Notes: generated by a model not told the origin, from the sequence alone. A stretch of DNA of 64,000 nt from an uncultured Candidatus Rokubacteria bacterium (GCA_963762145.1 CAVXJS010000022.1:96001-160000); one strand, 5' to 3'. Shown: positions 30,410 to 41,387, counted from the stretch's first letter. A program made the numbers and translations.

Positions 30410-31075
30410 ATGACGTTCCCTGAGAAGTCCCCTTTCCCGCTGATGAGCGGAAGGGGCCCTGTCCCCGAACTTCTTCAGGCAGTCGAGCGGGTCGCGCTGA
30501 TGCTCGATAGCATGACGGACAGCTTCTTCGCGCTCGATCGCGACTGGCGCTACACCTACTTCAATAAACCCGCAGAGGAACAGCTCCAGGCGTTGGGCAA
30601 GAATCCGGTGAGTCTCATCGGTAAGACGCTGTGGGAGGAATTCCCGAATCCACCGGTCGAGGACGTGCTCCGGCGCGTCATGAACGACCGCATCGCGGTC
30701 ACCGATGAGCACTACTATCCTCCCCTGCGCGAGTGGGTGGAAAATCGCATCTTTCCGACACCGGATGGTGGGTTGGCGATCTTCCAGCGCTACATCACCG
30801 ATCGCAAGCGGGCCGAAGAACAGCTTCGGGCAAGCGAAGAGCGTTTCCGGCGGTACTTCGACCTCGGACTGATCGGCATGGCCATCACGTCGCCCACTAA
30901 GAGCTGCCTGGACGTCAATGACGAGCTGTGCCGGATTCTGGGGTACCAGCGGCACGAACTTCTACGCATGACATGGGCAGAGATCACGCACCCGGAGGAC
31001 CTTGCCGCTGACGTCACCCAATTCGACCGAGTCATGGCGGGCGAGATCCATGGCTATTCCATGGACAAGCGCTGA
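30410..31075 (+). pseudogene. PAS-domain sensor protein, truncated in the second PAS domain
   Basis: DSFFALDRDWRYTYFN...; SEERFRRYF...ITHPEDL...YSMDKR followed by a stop. Confidence 0.8.
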
Positions 31076-31269
31076 AAGAAGAAAGTCACCGCACCCTTCC
31101 CCAATCCTACTAGCGTCCCGCTCCCTTTGTCAGTTCAGTAACTAGCTCAAACCGGAATTGCGCTAGGCAATCGCAAAGAGCATCAATATCTCGCCGGCGC
31201 GCCTCCTGAAGCACCATCAGGTTTGCGTATTGCTCCATCGCTCTCACGCTACCAGGTTCGGTAATTTGC

Positions 31270-31758
31270 TCAGTATGCAGACACAAAGAAATCCCGAAAA
31301 TACTCGCGCGCTAGTCGAACTTCCTCGAGTGTGAACGTCATCGGATCCCTCGTCCCACGGGCGGTGTAGAACAGCGACGCGATGAAATTGCTCGCGTGCG
31401 TGACGCCTTGTCCCGGGACATTGTGCTCGAGGAAACCAAACTCGCAATTTACTGCGTTATCACGCACAGCCCACAATGCCATGAAGAAGGCATCCACAAT
31501 CTGCAACCACCTGGTGAGGATCCTCAGCCCCTCGGCTGGATCCTTCTCATTGGGGACGTCCTTCCAGTACACGGCCGCATGGGCCGAAAGAAGCGCCGAA
31601 TATTCAAGACTCCCGATCGCAAGTTGAAACGGTCGTGATAGCAATTTCCCGAGCTCAGCGGAGCATTGATTCGTAAGGTAACAATTCTCGTCGAGGCGAA
31701 TCCCTCGTCCTGTCGATTCCGAGAGTCGAAGGCCATGAACACCAGCTACGAGGAGCAT
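31270..31758 (-). CDS. hypothetical protein, probably truncated
   Basis: 162-aa lower-GC ORF with protein-like composition; no family recognised with confidence. Confidence 0.45.
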   Translation of the reverse strand: MLLVAGVHGLRLSESTGRGIRLDENCYLTNQCSAELGKLLSRPFQLAIGSLEYSALLSAHAAVYWKDVPNEKDPAEGLRILTRWLQIVDAFFMALWAVRDNAVNCEFGFLEHNVPGQGVTHASNFIASLFYTARGTRDPMTFTLEEVRLAREYFRDFFVSAY

Positions 31759-32290
31759 GGCGCCTCTCTCTCTAAACCATGCAGGCTCTGGAATAGACGG
31801 CAGCGAACTGTATTGACCATGTCAGCATCTCAGCCTTCCGTGACTCTGACGGGCTTGCCTCTCTCGACTGGCGTGGAGACCGCCTACGACAGAACCCGCG
31901 AGCCGACTCAATCTCAACAGACCGGCATCGAAGGTTTTTACCATACGTCCCCGCTGACGTCTCGCTGACGGTTTTCGAGGGATTAAGCGGGTAGATTAGG
32001 GATTCGTGCGGAGCTAGGAGGGAAGCAAAAGAGACGTTCCGGGACCTACTTAGCCCGCATGGGACGCTGCGCTCCACCGCTCCCAAAGCAGGTGCGCGCC
32101 AGCAAGCTGTATCACACCCTGAAGCGGGCCGCGAATCTTCATCACACTCCCTCGTTCATGGCGCCATCCCTCCGGAGGCACGCCCTGGGAGGCACCTGGT
32201 ACGTTCTGACGGGTTCTAGCGAGCGATGGGGGGACGGATGAGGGGGTCGGGCCCACCCCGCGAACGACTAGAGCTCCTAGACGCCTAGAC

Positions 32291-33458
32291 TGTCCTGAGC
32301 CGGATTAGTGTTGACACTTGTGACCAGAAACAGTGAGGGCCATCTGGCCTATCGTTCCCAGAGTGAACCACCCCCTGCCAGGGGAACCACTTTGGGAGGA
32401 TCGACCGATGACCCTCGAGGAGAAAGTACACGGACTGCGGCTGCATGTCATCCAGCGGGCGGAGGAGTTGGGCAATGTCAGTCGGGCCTGCCGGGAGGCG
32501 GGGATCTCCCGCGCCCTGTTCTACCGCTGGCGTCAGCGGTTGGAGCGCTACGGCCAGGACGGGGTGCATCCGCGGCGGCATCGGGCCCGCCCCGGCCGAC
32601 CGGTGCAGCTGGCCCCGGAGACGGAGCGGCTGCTGCTGAGCGTGGCGGTCAGCGCGGCGACGTGGGGCGCGAGTCGGATCGCCGCTTACCTGCGCCATCG
32701 CTGGCAGCTGCGCGTGGCACCCAGCACGGTGCAGCGTGCCCTGCGGCGGGCCGGGCTGGCGACCCGCCGGCAGCGGCTGACCGTGCTCGAGCACCGCGCC
32801 CTGCAGACGGCGGGGTTGCTGACCGAGCGGACGCGCAGCACCCTGTGGCAGGCGCAGCACGGCCAGCCGCGTCACGTCGCCGCCCGCGAGCCCGGCGAGC
32901 TGGTGTGCGTGGACACCTTCTACATTGGGCAGCTCAAAGGCGTGGGCAAGGTCTGGCAGATCACGGCCTGCGACGCCGCGTGCTCCTACGGCGTCGCGTG
33001 GTTGCTGCCAGCCCACAACGCCGAGGCGGCCGCTCACTTCGTGCGTCGCATCTTGGTGCCCCTGTATCGCCGGGCGGGCTGGCGGCTGCGCCGCCTGCTC
33101 ACCGACGGCGGCCCCGAGTTCAAGGGGGCGTTCGATGACGCCTGCCGGACGCTCGGCCTCCGCCACACCCGAACGAAGCCGCGGCACGCGTGGACGAACG
33201 GGTTCGTCGAGCGGCTGCAAGGCACGATCTTGCAGGAGCATTGGCGCGTGGCCTTCCGTCGGCGCTACTTCACGAGTCGAACGGCGCTCCAACGAAGCCT
33301 CGATGGGTTCATGCAGTCCTACAATCACGAGCGGCCCCATCAAGGCTACCGGGTCCGTGGCCGCACCCCCGCCGCGCTCTTCTGGGGCGCCGCTCGGGCC
33401 TGACCGCATGTCGCACTCTGGGGTGGCCAAGGTGTCTACACCATTCCGGGTCTGGACA
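32291..33458 (+). mobile_element. IS481-family insertion sequence
   Basis: TGT...ACA ends with imperfect inverted repeats (TGTCC...GTGTTGACAC / GTGTCTACAC...GGACA); GCCTAGAC on both flanks. Confidence 0.9.
32408..33403 (+). CDS. IS481 transposase
   Basis: GNVSRACREAGISR, PGELVCVDTF, LTDGGPEF, TNGFVER, YNHERPHQG. Confidence 0.93.
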   Translation: MTLEEKVHGLRLHVIQRAEELGNVSRACREAGISRALFYRWRQRLERYGQDGVHPRRHRARPGRPVQLAPETERLLLSVAVSAATWGASRIAAYLRHRWQLRVAPSTVQRALRRAGLATRRQRLTVLEHRALQTAGLLTERTRSTLWQAQHGQPRHVAAREPGELVCVDTFYIGQLKGVGKVWQITACDAACSYGVAWLLPAHNAEAAAHFVRRILVPLYRRAGWRLRRLLTDGGPEFKGAFDDACRTLGLRHTRTKPRHAWTNGFVERLQGTILQEHWRVAFRRRYFTSRTALQRSLDGFMQSYNHERPHQGYRVRGRTPAALFWGAARA

Positions 33459-33829
33459 GCCTAGACCCTTCCTAGGATCGATCCTAGGAGTGCCCCCAAC
33501 GATCTAGTTCGGTAAGCTGGTCCGGCGGACCCCCCTTTGGGAACTCTGAGTCCAAGTCCGGACCAAGTTCGGGGGCTCACTCGGGCACGTTCAGAGTCAC
33601 ATCCGCTCAACTCGGTGAGGGAGCCTAGGATACGACTCCTCGCTTTTCGCGCGGGAATCGTGAGCGGGAGCGAGCGCGAGTGACCTAGCTCGATATGGAG
33701 CGGGACCGATTTCGAGTCGGACCCCGACGCGCTCACCTTCCCGCAGTCCACTACAAGGCTTGAGCCTAGACCTTAGCGATGGCCGACACCGCCGCGCGGC
33801 CTGGGAGCGTAAAGCAAGAGCCCCCGAGG

Positions 33830-33851
33830 TCGAAGAATTCTCGAAGTACGG
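33830..33851. repeat. candidate integrase arm-type sites (right)
   Basis: TCGAAGAATTC-TCGAAGTACGG, matching 4276-4297. Confidence 0.6.
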
Positions 33852-33986
33852 AGACTCGCTCAAGGTCTCTCCCAATCGGTCCCGCCGATCCCTTCGAGAG
33901 CGGACCCGATCGGAACCCTCGGGAATACTTAGCTAGAGTGAGATAGAGAAGGCCCGAGAGATCTAGGGCGAAGGGCCCCGATCGCT

Positions 33987-34027
33987 TTAGAAGGCCGATG
34001 CTCTATCCAACTGAGCTACAGGCGCGT
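33987..34027 (-). repeat. att site: displaced 5' half of tRNA-Arg(UCU)
   Basis: 41/41 identity to 4194-4234; the match ends at the anticodon loop. Confidence 0.93.
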
Positions 34028-34033
34028 GCCGGT

Positions 34034-34062
34034 ATTCTGCGGGCTTAGAGAGCGGGACGCAA
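34034..34062 (-). promoter_or_regulatory. candidate sigma70 promoter of the original tRNA-Arg gene
   Basis: TTGCGT-N17-CAGAAT, 8 nt upstream of the half-tRNA 5' end. Confidence 0.45.
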
Positions 34063-34076
34063 GCTTCGGAGCGGTG

Positions 34077-35084
34077 CTACAGCAGGATTTTGTTCTGGGG
34101 CTTCAGCGGCGGCGGACAGTCGGTTTCGCCAAGCATTTCCCGCAGGTCTATTTCCGCGGTCCGGCACATTTGTGAGATCGGGACGTCATTCGGACCTCCT
34201 TCAAAAGGGCTTTCGGTGCTTTCTCCGACTCGCCCCAGCGAAGTGTACATCCAGGAAATCAATACACTGAAGGGGATGACCAGCCAGACCATGTGGCCTT
34301 TCATGATCCCCTCGACGCTTTCATTGAGGCTGTCGAATTCCCGGAGCAACCCGAAGGGAAGCAGAACGCAGAACAGTTTGACGAAGAAGGAATTGATGGA
34401 CGCAAATTGCCTTGGATACGGGAAATCCTTGATGCGCTCACACCTGCCTTGTAGCACGAGGAAGTCCTTGATTGACTTTTGCATGTCAACGAACTGCGTC
34501 ACGACAATCACCTGGCTGGCCAGGAGCCCTTTTATCGCTTTGCTTTGGAGGGCCATGATCTGGGTTGCCCTGCTGCCCTTGGCAAGGACCTGGGTTAGCT
34601 CCGCATCAGGGAGGAATTTCGCCAGCTCCGTTTCCAATGCCGTTTGCATTTCAGGGATGGAGTAGTACTTCAAATACTCTGCATTGTGCGCCTTGCTCGT
34701 GCTTTCCCATGGCCGGTGCTCTCGCAGCTGATAGCGCAGTGCGGTCAGCCAGGCGAGGTGGCGATAGACAAGCTCCCGTGATTTTTCGGTACTGTCGAAA
34801 GAATCCCGGCTGATTGTTCCCCACGCCCGGCTGCTGCTTATGATGTCGCCCCATATGTATCGCGCTTCCCAGGTGCGGTTGTAGGTTTGCACGTTCTTGA
34901 AACCAACGATGAACGCGGTCGCCGTTCCCAGGAGCGCCACCACCGTCCAGGGAATACCCAGCCATTTCATGTTCCCGGTCTGGTATGCAACCGCAGGTAC
35001 GATTCCCAGGACGATCAGGACGTAGATATCCCTTCGCGTCCAATCGAGGAACTCCAAGAGTCGGTATGATTTCCCCGTGTGCAT
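34077..35084 (-). CDS. bestrophin-family ion channel
   Basis: FIVGFKNVQTYNRTWEAR..WG.I.SSSR, GRCERIKDFPYP, ESPF...NDVP. Confidence 0.9.
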   Translation of the reverse strand: MHTGKSYRLLEFLDWTRRDIYVLIVLGIVPAVAYQTGNMKWLGIPWTVVALLGTATAFIVGFKNVQTYNRTWEARYIWGDIISSSRAWGTISRDSFDSTEKSRELVYRHLAWLTALRYQLREHRPWESTSKAHNAEYLKYYSIPEMQTALETELAKFLPDAELTQVLAKGSRATQIMALQSKAIKGLLASQVIVVTQFVDMQKSIKDFLVLQGRCERIKDFPYPRQFASINSFFVKLFCVLLPFGLLREFDSLNESVEGIMKGHMVWLVIPFSVLISWMYTSLGRVGESTESPFEGGPNDVPISQMCRTAEIDLREMLGETDCPPPLKPQNKILL

Positions 35085-35312
35085 GGTTGCCTGTCTTTAC
35101 CAAGACCACGATCACCTTGCAAGTGGGACCGATGATGGCCCGTGGTACGATCCCATCCGCGGGGATCGGCCATGAGCTTGACCCGAGTCGGGAAACTACC
35201 GCACACAGCCCTCATGGCGGCCTGGACATTGAGCCGCAGGCTCCTGCCACTGCGCGCGTTGGCCGCAATCTTCCGGAAGTACGGTTGTGCCGGCCACCGC
35301 TGAGCCGCTGAG

Positions 35313-36233
35313 TTGAGCATTGTCGCCGGTGTCCTCGCCCTGCTCGCGGTCATGCTCCCGGCTCCCGCGAGCGCCGCCGAAGAGCGCGCGGTGCTCACGA
35401 TGGTCAGCCACAACGTGCTCCACGGCGGCCCCTGGTCGGGGTTCGCCGGAGACGGTCAGCAGCTCGAGCGTCGCATGGCCCTGATCGCGGACGAGCTGGC
35501 CTCTCTCCGCCCCGACGTGGTCGCGCTCCAGGAAGCCGCGGTGAGCCGGCGGCTCGGCGACGTGACCGCGCGCCTCGCCCGACGCCTCGGCTATCATCAC
35601 GTGCACGCGCCGGCCACGTCCTACGTCTTCGGCGAAGGGATCCTGAGTCGGCTGGTCGTCGGGGCGCTAGGCTTTCGCGAGGGCCCGGCCATCCTCAGCC
35701 GCTTTCCGATCCTCGAGTCCGAAGTCTACGAGCTGCCTCGCTGCCAGAACCGACTCGATCCGCGCGTGCTGCTTCGCGCGCGGCTCGACACGCCCTGGGG
35801 CCGGATCGACGTCTTCTCCGCCCACATCTGGCGCGACGAGTGCCAGGCGCGACGCGTGACCGCCCTGGTCGCGGCAAGTCGCAACGGGTTGCCCTCCGTC
35901 CTCATGGGCGATTTCAACGCCGTGGAGTCGTCGCCGGCGATCCGAGCCATGACCGGGGAGGCCGGCTTCATCGATGCGTATCGGCGCGCCAACCCGGACG
36001 CACGAGGGGCCACGGTGTGGCAACGGATCGACGCGCCGGAGTCGACGGCCCGCCGGCGGATCGACTACATCTTCCTGGTGCCGGGTCTCGCCTTCGCGGG
36101 CGACGTGGCGGCGAGCCGGATCGTTCTCGACGCCCCGCACCACCTGCCCGACGGCACCACGCTGTGGCCCTCCGACCACTACGGCGTCCTGGCCGAGCTG
36201 GTCGTCTCCGGGATCGGTCGTGGCTCCCCGTAA
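35313..36233 (+). CDS. secreted endonuclease/exonuclease/phosphatase-family protein
   Basis: SHNV, PDVVALQE, MGDFN, RIDYIF, PSDHYGV. Confidence 0.9.
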   Translation: MSIVAGVLALLAVMLPAPASAAEERAVLTMVSHNVLHGGPWSGFAGDGQQLERRMALIADELASLRPDVVALQEAAVSRRLGDVTARLARRLGYHHVHAPATSYVFGEGILSRLVVGALGFREGPAILSRFPILESEVYELPRCQNRLDPRVLLRARLDTPWGRIDVFSAHIWRDECQARRVTALVAASRNGLPSVLMGDFNAVESSPAIRAMTGEAGFIDAYRRANPDARGATVWQRIDAPESTARRRIDYIFLVPGLAFAGDVAASRIVLDAPHHLPDGTTLWPSDHYGVLAELVVSGIGRGSP

Positions 36234-36435
36234 GCCGCCACGTGCGTCCGCCCGATAGTCAGCATCGGCAGGTATTTACGCTACCCGCTAGGGTCCAGCA
36301 AGGGGATGGAGGCTCGGCCCGGCGGCCTTTTTTGCCATGACGGCGGTCTGGGTTATACTCAACGCCGCCTTACCGGCCGAGCCGTTCGGCTCGGCTTGAC
36401 ACCAAGCGAGACGAGGGGAGGTTGACCAGGGTCCC

Positions 36436-37625
36436 GTGGTGACACGATTCCTTGATTCGACGCGAGGACGGTTGCCGCGCGCGATCGTGCTGCTGTTCCT
36501 GCTCCTGCTCGCAATGCCCGGACCGCTCGCGGCACAGGATGCTTCCTGGGGTCTGTCGCTCGCGCCCATGGACGATCTGTCGCTGTCGCCGGGCGAGCGC
36601 GCCAGACTCGAAGCGGCCGTGCGAGGAATACCGGTTGCTGCCCGACGAATCCCGGCGATTGCGAATCGTGGATGGCGTCCGCGGACATCACGGCAGGCAC
36701 TCCCTTCCGAATCGCGCAATCAGACGCCCGGATTGCGCAGGCGACCGACGCCGACCGCCGGCGGTGGAAGCCCGGCAGCCCAACAAGCTGCTCGGGACGA
36801 TCATCCCGTTCGCGTCGGTGGGGTTGGTGGCGGCCAACTCGCTGCTGGGTTACAGCGGGCATGAGCTTTCACGTCCCAACGAGCGCTGGTTCCAGTCCAA
36901 CACGAGAGACGGCGGCGCGGACAAGGCCTCCCATTTCGCCGACTACTACATCGTGGCCAAGGAGGTCGCGTTCGTCTACGAGAAGATCGGCTACTCGGAG
37001 AACGCGGCGCGCTGGTTTGGATTCGGCGTGGCGGTCACCACCGGTCTGGCGAACGAGGTCTCCGACGGGTTCACGAGACACGGCTTCTCCTGGCAAGACC
37101 TCGCGATGGACGCGCGCGGGGCCGCGGCCGCGGTCCTGGTCTCGATGACCCGCACCGAGGACCTCCTGGGAGTCCGGACGTCGCACATCCCGGGCGACAC
37201 GTACACCCACGACGTCTACTCGGCCGATCTGAAGCTCGTCGGGCTGGAGCGCCGCCTCGGTATCAAGCTCGGGCCGCTGCGGTGGCTGAACTTCTCGGTC
37301 ACCTACGGGACCAAGGGCTACCGGGTCACCCCCGAGACCGAGCATGCAGCGCCAGATCGGCCTCGAGATCGGCCTGAACCTTCAGCAGATCCTGAACGAC
37401 GTGGGGGTGAAGCGGAACACGTGGTGGGGCTATGCGCTCCATCTCGTGGGCGACAACGTCCGGTTCCCCTACACCGCGTTCGGGATGCGCTACGACTTGA
37501 ACCACGGCAGATGGCGCGGCCCGAATACCGGTAATTATCCAGTAAGGACACGAAAGCCGGCGGCCGGCTGGCCTCGAGTCTCGCGACCGTCCCCGCGTCC
37601 CGAGTGCGAGCGCCGGGCCCGGTGA
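36436..37625 (+). CDS. YfiM/DUF2279-like protein, frameshifted
   Basis: GGADKASHF, NEVSDGF, GFSWQDLAMD, VTYGTKGY across frames. A TTGCCA-N16-TATACT promoter-like motif lies at 36332-36359. Confidence 0.6.
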
Positions 37626-37661
37626 CCTGCGAGGGCGCCCGTAAGCAGCCACCGCCACTGC

Positions 37662-39305
37662 ATGCTCTGGAATCGCACCTGGCTGCTGCTGGTGGGCGTA
37701 TTCCTGGCGTTCAACCTGCTGCTCTTCAATCACGACATCTCGCTCTGGGACGACGACGAAGCCGCCTATGCGGGCTTCGCGCAGCAGATGCTCGAGTCCG
37801 GCGATTGGGTGAATCCGCAATTCCAATGGGCGGGGATTCACCGCAAGCCGCCCTTTCATTTCTGGACGGTCGCGATCAGCTTCAGCCTCTTCGGGGTCAA
37901 CGAGTTCGCGTTGCGGTTGCCCTCGGTGCTGGCGGTCTGGCTCACCTGTGCCAGCCTCTGGTGGTTTGGCCGTCGGCTGTTCGGCGAGGATCGGGCGGCC
38001 TGGGCGGCTATCATTCTGGCGAGCTCTCTGGTCATCCCCCTCTTTGGCAAGGTGGCTCTCACCGATGCGACTCTTTTGATGTTTCAAACGACCGCCGTCC
38101 TGGGCCTGCTCAACTATCTCCACCAGCCCGCATCTCCGCTGGAACCTGCTGCTCTGGGCGAGCGTGGCGCTGGGGGTTCTCACCAAGGGACCGCCCATCC
38201 TGATCCTGATCGGCGGGCTCTGGGCGTGGCTGCTCGTGTTTCATCCGCAACGACGCAACCTGATCGGGACCCATCCGTGGCTGTTCTTGCCCCTTGCGTT
38301 GCTCCCGCTCGGGGCCTGGATGTACCTGTCCTGGCTGCGCGATGAAGGGCGTTTGCTCACGTTCCTGTACGAATGGTACGTGGTGAGAAGGGTCGGGGGC
38401 AGTGTCCTCGGCCAAACGGGTCCTCCCGGCTATCACCTGGTCGTCTTGCTGATCTCCTTTGCCGCCTGGCTCCCCTTCTTGGGGATGGCCATCGGCGAGC
38501 GCCTTCGCACGTGGCGACAGCCCTGGTCGCCGAACCAGATCGCCCTGGCGGGTTGGATGGTTTTCGGTTGGCTGTTCTTCGAACTGATGTCGAGCAAATC
38601 GCCTTCGTATGCTCTGGCCGCCCAACCGGCCTGGGCTCTGGCCATCGCTCCGCAGCTCTGCCGCCGCGTTCCGCTGTTTCCGCGGGCGTTCAAGGCGGCG
38701 ATTGTCCTGCAGGCGCTGGTATGGCTGGGAATCGTCGGCGCCCTGTCGGTCTGCGCGTATCGGTTCATGGGCGCGCAGGTCGCTCTGGCCGGTCGGGATG
38801 TTGATCGTGGTGGCGGCGACGGCCGGTCTTTGCATGGGCAAGCACCTCTGGCAATCGCACCGTCTGGGTGGCGTCTGGGTCACCGTCTTTGCGATGTCGG
38901 TGTTCACGATGCTGATCACGGTGGTGGCCTGGGTGGTGGAGCCCTCTCCCATCAAGGCGATCAAGCCGATGGTGGAAACCGCCTACCGGTGGGCGAAGGA
39001 GGACCGCACCATCCCGGTGTACTACACCGGCCTGCGCGTCAAGCAGAAGAGGAAGAGCCTGCCGGTATACCTCTCGCGGCGGTTTGAATCCCATCAAGAA
39101 CTGACGCCCGATGCACGCGGCGGCGCGCTATCTGAGCCCGGCTCCCGCGCTGTTCATCCTCGGCACGGATAGGGACGAGTTCTTCCACGCGCTCAAGTTA
39201 CGGCCGGAGGACATCCCGAGCCACCGACTGCAGCGCATCGACTGGCTATCGACCGACCGTCGGCCGCGGGCGCGTCCGTTCTGGTTGCTGCGGAACTTCG
39301 ACTAG
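37662..39305 (+). CDS. ArnT/GT39-type polyprenyl-phosphate glycosyltransferase, with apparent frameshifts
   Basis: LWDDDEAAYA...MLESGDW, KPPF.FW, FGVNEFALRLPS, LTKGP, SKSPSY. Confidence 0.8.
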
Positions 39306-39315
39306 CCGGCTGGCT

Positions 39316-40755
39316 TCAGGATCCCGGGCGTTCCGCGCTCTCCAGATACTCGGCGTCGATGTTGATATTCCACAGGTTGTAGGGGGACCCCGGCAGCTTG
39401 AGATAGTTCCGGGCGGCGAGCATTCCGCTGTAGGCCGAGTGATCCTGATTGTTGTACTTGTACATCCCGCCGCGTCCGATCGCGGACAGATTCTGGAGCT
39501 CGTTGAGCCGGTGTTTCAGGATCTCGTAGGGCCCCTGGAAGCCCATGTAGTAGGTGGGATAGCTCTCCGACTCCCTCACCACCCACGCCCCTTCGATCTG
39601 ACCCGGCGACAGCAGCTTCAACCGCGCGAGCTCTTCGCCCGCCAGCTCGACCAGCTCGCCGTCGGGTCGCTTCCACAGCTCCTCGTGCTGGAAGGTGAAG
39701 TACTCGACGCTCAGGGCGGTCCGGTCCGGCGCGGGGCTCATCGCGGGAGAGAAGTTGTTGTAGTTCGCGATCCGGGCCATCTGAACGTCCGGTGAGTGGA
39801 CGTAGATCCACTGATCGGGGAACGGGCTGCGTCCCGATACGAGCAGGTCGACGGTGACGTGCTCCCGATAGTAGAGCGCCTCCGCGGCCTTCATCACCTT
39901 CTCCGATTCCGTCGGATCGAGCATCTGGACGAAATGGGTCATGGGGAGGCTGCTGAAGAAGTGATTGGCCTGGATCCTCACCGGCTCCCCGCCGCCGGTT
40001 CGGACGTCCACCGAGACGATCCGATCGTTGGCCCGGTTGACCGAGACCACGCGGGCGCCGAGGAGGTACTCGACGCCCGCCCCCGCGGTTTGCTCGGTCA
40101 TCGCCTCGTACATTTGCCCCGCTCCGCGCACGGGGTAGTCGAACCGGTCGACGAGGGTCTTCACCGTTCCCCGCGATCCGCCCAGGAGCGAATCCTTGAG
40201 GACCTTGACGATGTCCAGTCCCTTGATCCGCTGGGCCGCCCATTCGGCGCCGATCTGATGCCCGGGAATCCCCCAGACCTTCTCGGTATAGGTCTTGAAG
40301 AACGTGTCGTACAGCTTCCGGCCGAAGCGATCGGTTATCCAATCCTCGAACGTCAACGCCTCCCGCCGGCTCGAGAAGCGCGCCGAGACGAACGACAGGA
40401 GGGCATGGGTCGATTCCACGATGCCCAGCTTCGAGACGACGTCGAATGGCTTGATGGGATAGTGGAAGAACTTCTGCTTGTGGTAGATGCGGGTCAGGCG
40501 GTCGACGGGGCGGAAATCAGATCCGAGCGTGTCGTGCCATAGCTGATTGACCTCGGGATTCTTCGTGAAGAAGCGATGCGGGCCGACGTCGAAGCGGGCG
40601 TTCCCGAACTCCTCCGTGCGCGCCAGGCCGCCGACCACTGCGTTGCGATCGATGACCAGGATGTTGGTAACGCCATGCTTGACGAGCTCGACGGCCGCTC
40701 CGAGCCCCGCGGGGCCGGCTCCGAGGATGCAGCATTCATATGATCTGTCCGTCAT
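39316..40755 (-). CDS. FAD-dependent oxidoreductase (UDP-galactopyranose mutase/HemY-like)
   Basis: ILGAGPAGL, VGGLART, DVGPHRFFTK, YTEKVWG, GRGGMYKYNNQDHS. Confidence 0.85.
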   Translation of the reverse strand: MTDRSYECCILGAGPAGLGAAVELVKHGVTNILVIDRNAVVGGLARTEEFGNARFDVGPHRFFTKNPEVNQLWHDTLGSDFRPVDRLTRIYHKQKFFHYPIKPFDVVSKLGIVESTHALLSFVSARFSSRREALTFEDWITDRFGRKLYDTFFKTYTEKVWGIPGHQIGAEWAAQRIKGLDIVKVLKDSLLGGSRGTVKTLVDRFDYPVRGAGQMYEAMTEQTAGAGVEYLLGARVVSVNRANDRIVSVDVRTGGGEPVRIQANHFFSSLPMTHFVQMLDPTESEKVMKAAEALYYREHVTVDLLVSGRSPFPDQWIYVHSPDVQMARIANYNNFSPAMSPAPDRTALSVEYFTFQHEELWKRPDGELVELAGEELARLKLLSPGQIEGAWVVRESESYPTYYMGFQGPYEILKHRLNELQNLSAIGRGGMYKYNNQDHSAYSGMLAARNYLKLPGSPYNLWNINIDAEYLESAERPGS

Positions 40756-41249
40756 GGATTCCTTTGTTTGAGCGGCATGCTATCAGGCCACGCGGCCCGG
40801 TCAAGCGCCGGGCGGAACGGCCGCATCCTCTCCGATCTTCTGCTCTGCTTGCAGTAAGCACAAGATGTGGGTTGACAGGTAGGAGGAGCCACGATAGGCT
40901 GCGGGCATCATTCAGACTGGACCGGAAACAGCGACTGCCTCAAGCGAGGGTATCTCGCACAGCCTCGGGCTGCCCACTCCCGCATCCTCCGCCCTGGGCA
41001 TCACCGCAGAAGCGCTGCTGCTCGAGCTGCGGAGTTCGCGCACCGACCTCGCGCGGCTGGTCGAGGCGGTGTGGCGCGATCACTTCATGGAGCTCGTGGT
41101 GCCCCAGCAGAGCGTGGACGCCTGGGAGCGACGGGAGCCCGAGTTGTGGCGGAAGGTCAGCGCCTGGCTGGCCGAGCGGGGAGTTCCGGTCCACCGGATC
41201 TAGCGGGGACACTCGTCTCCGCGTCGCAACCGTAGGTCGTAGGGATAAA

Positions 41250-41295
41250 TGGTCGGGGTGAGAGGATTTGACCCTTCGCCTCCCTGCTCCCAAAG
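41250..41295 (-). repeat. att site: degenerate copy of the tRNA-Pro 3' half
   Basis: 46 bp with 3 mismatches to 45369-45414. Confidence 0.88.
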
Positions 41296-41387
41296 GCGAT
41301 TCGCGCTCCACCCGCCTCGTAAAAGCCTGAGTTTCCTAAGCCGTGCCCGCAGGGGCGGGGGCGGACTCTGCACAGAAACAACACAGC

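Larger units (their letters stand above)
4194..34027. mobile_element. ~29.8 kb integrative element/genomic island in tRNA-Arg(UCU), bounded by a 41-bp direct repeat of the tRNA 5' half
   Basis: Identical 41-mer at 4194-4234 and 33987-34027. Integrase at one end, matching arm-type repeats at both ends, a replication module and mosaic cargo. Confidence 0.9.

Noticed and set aside
4242-33986. Intact prophage or conjugative ICE
   Set aside because: No terminase, capsid, tail, lysis, relaxase or T4SS genes were recognisable.
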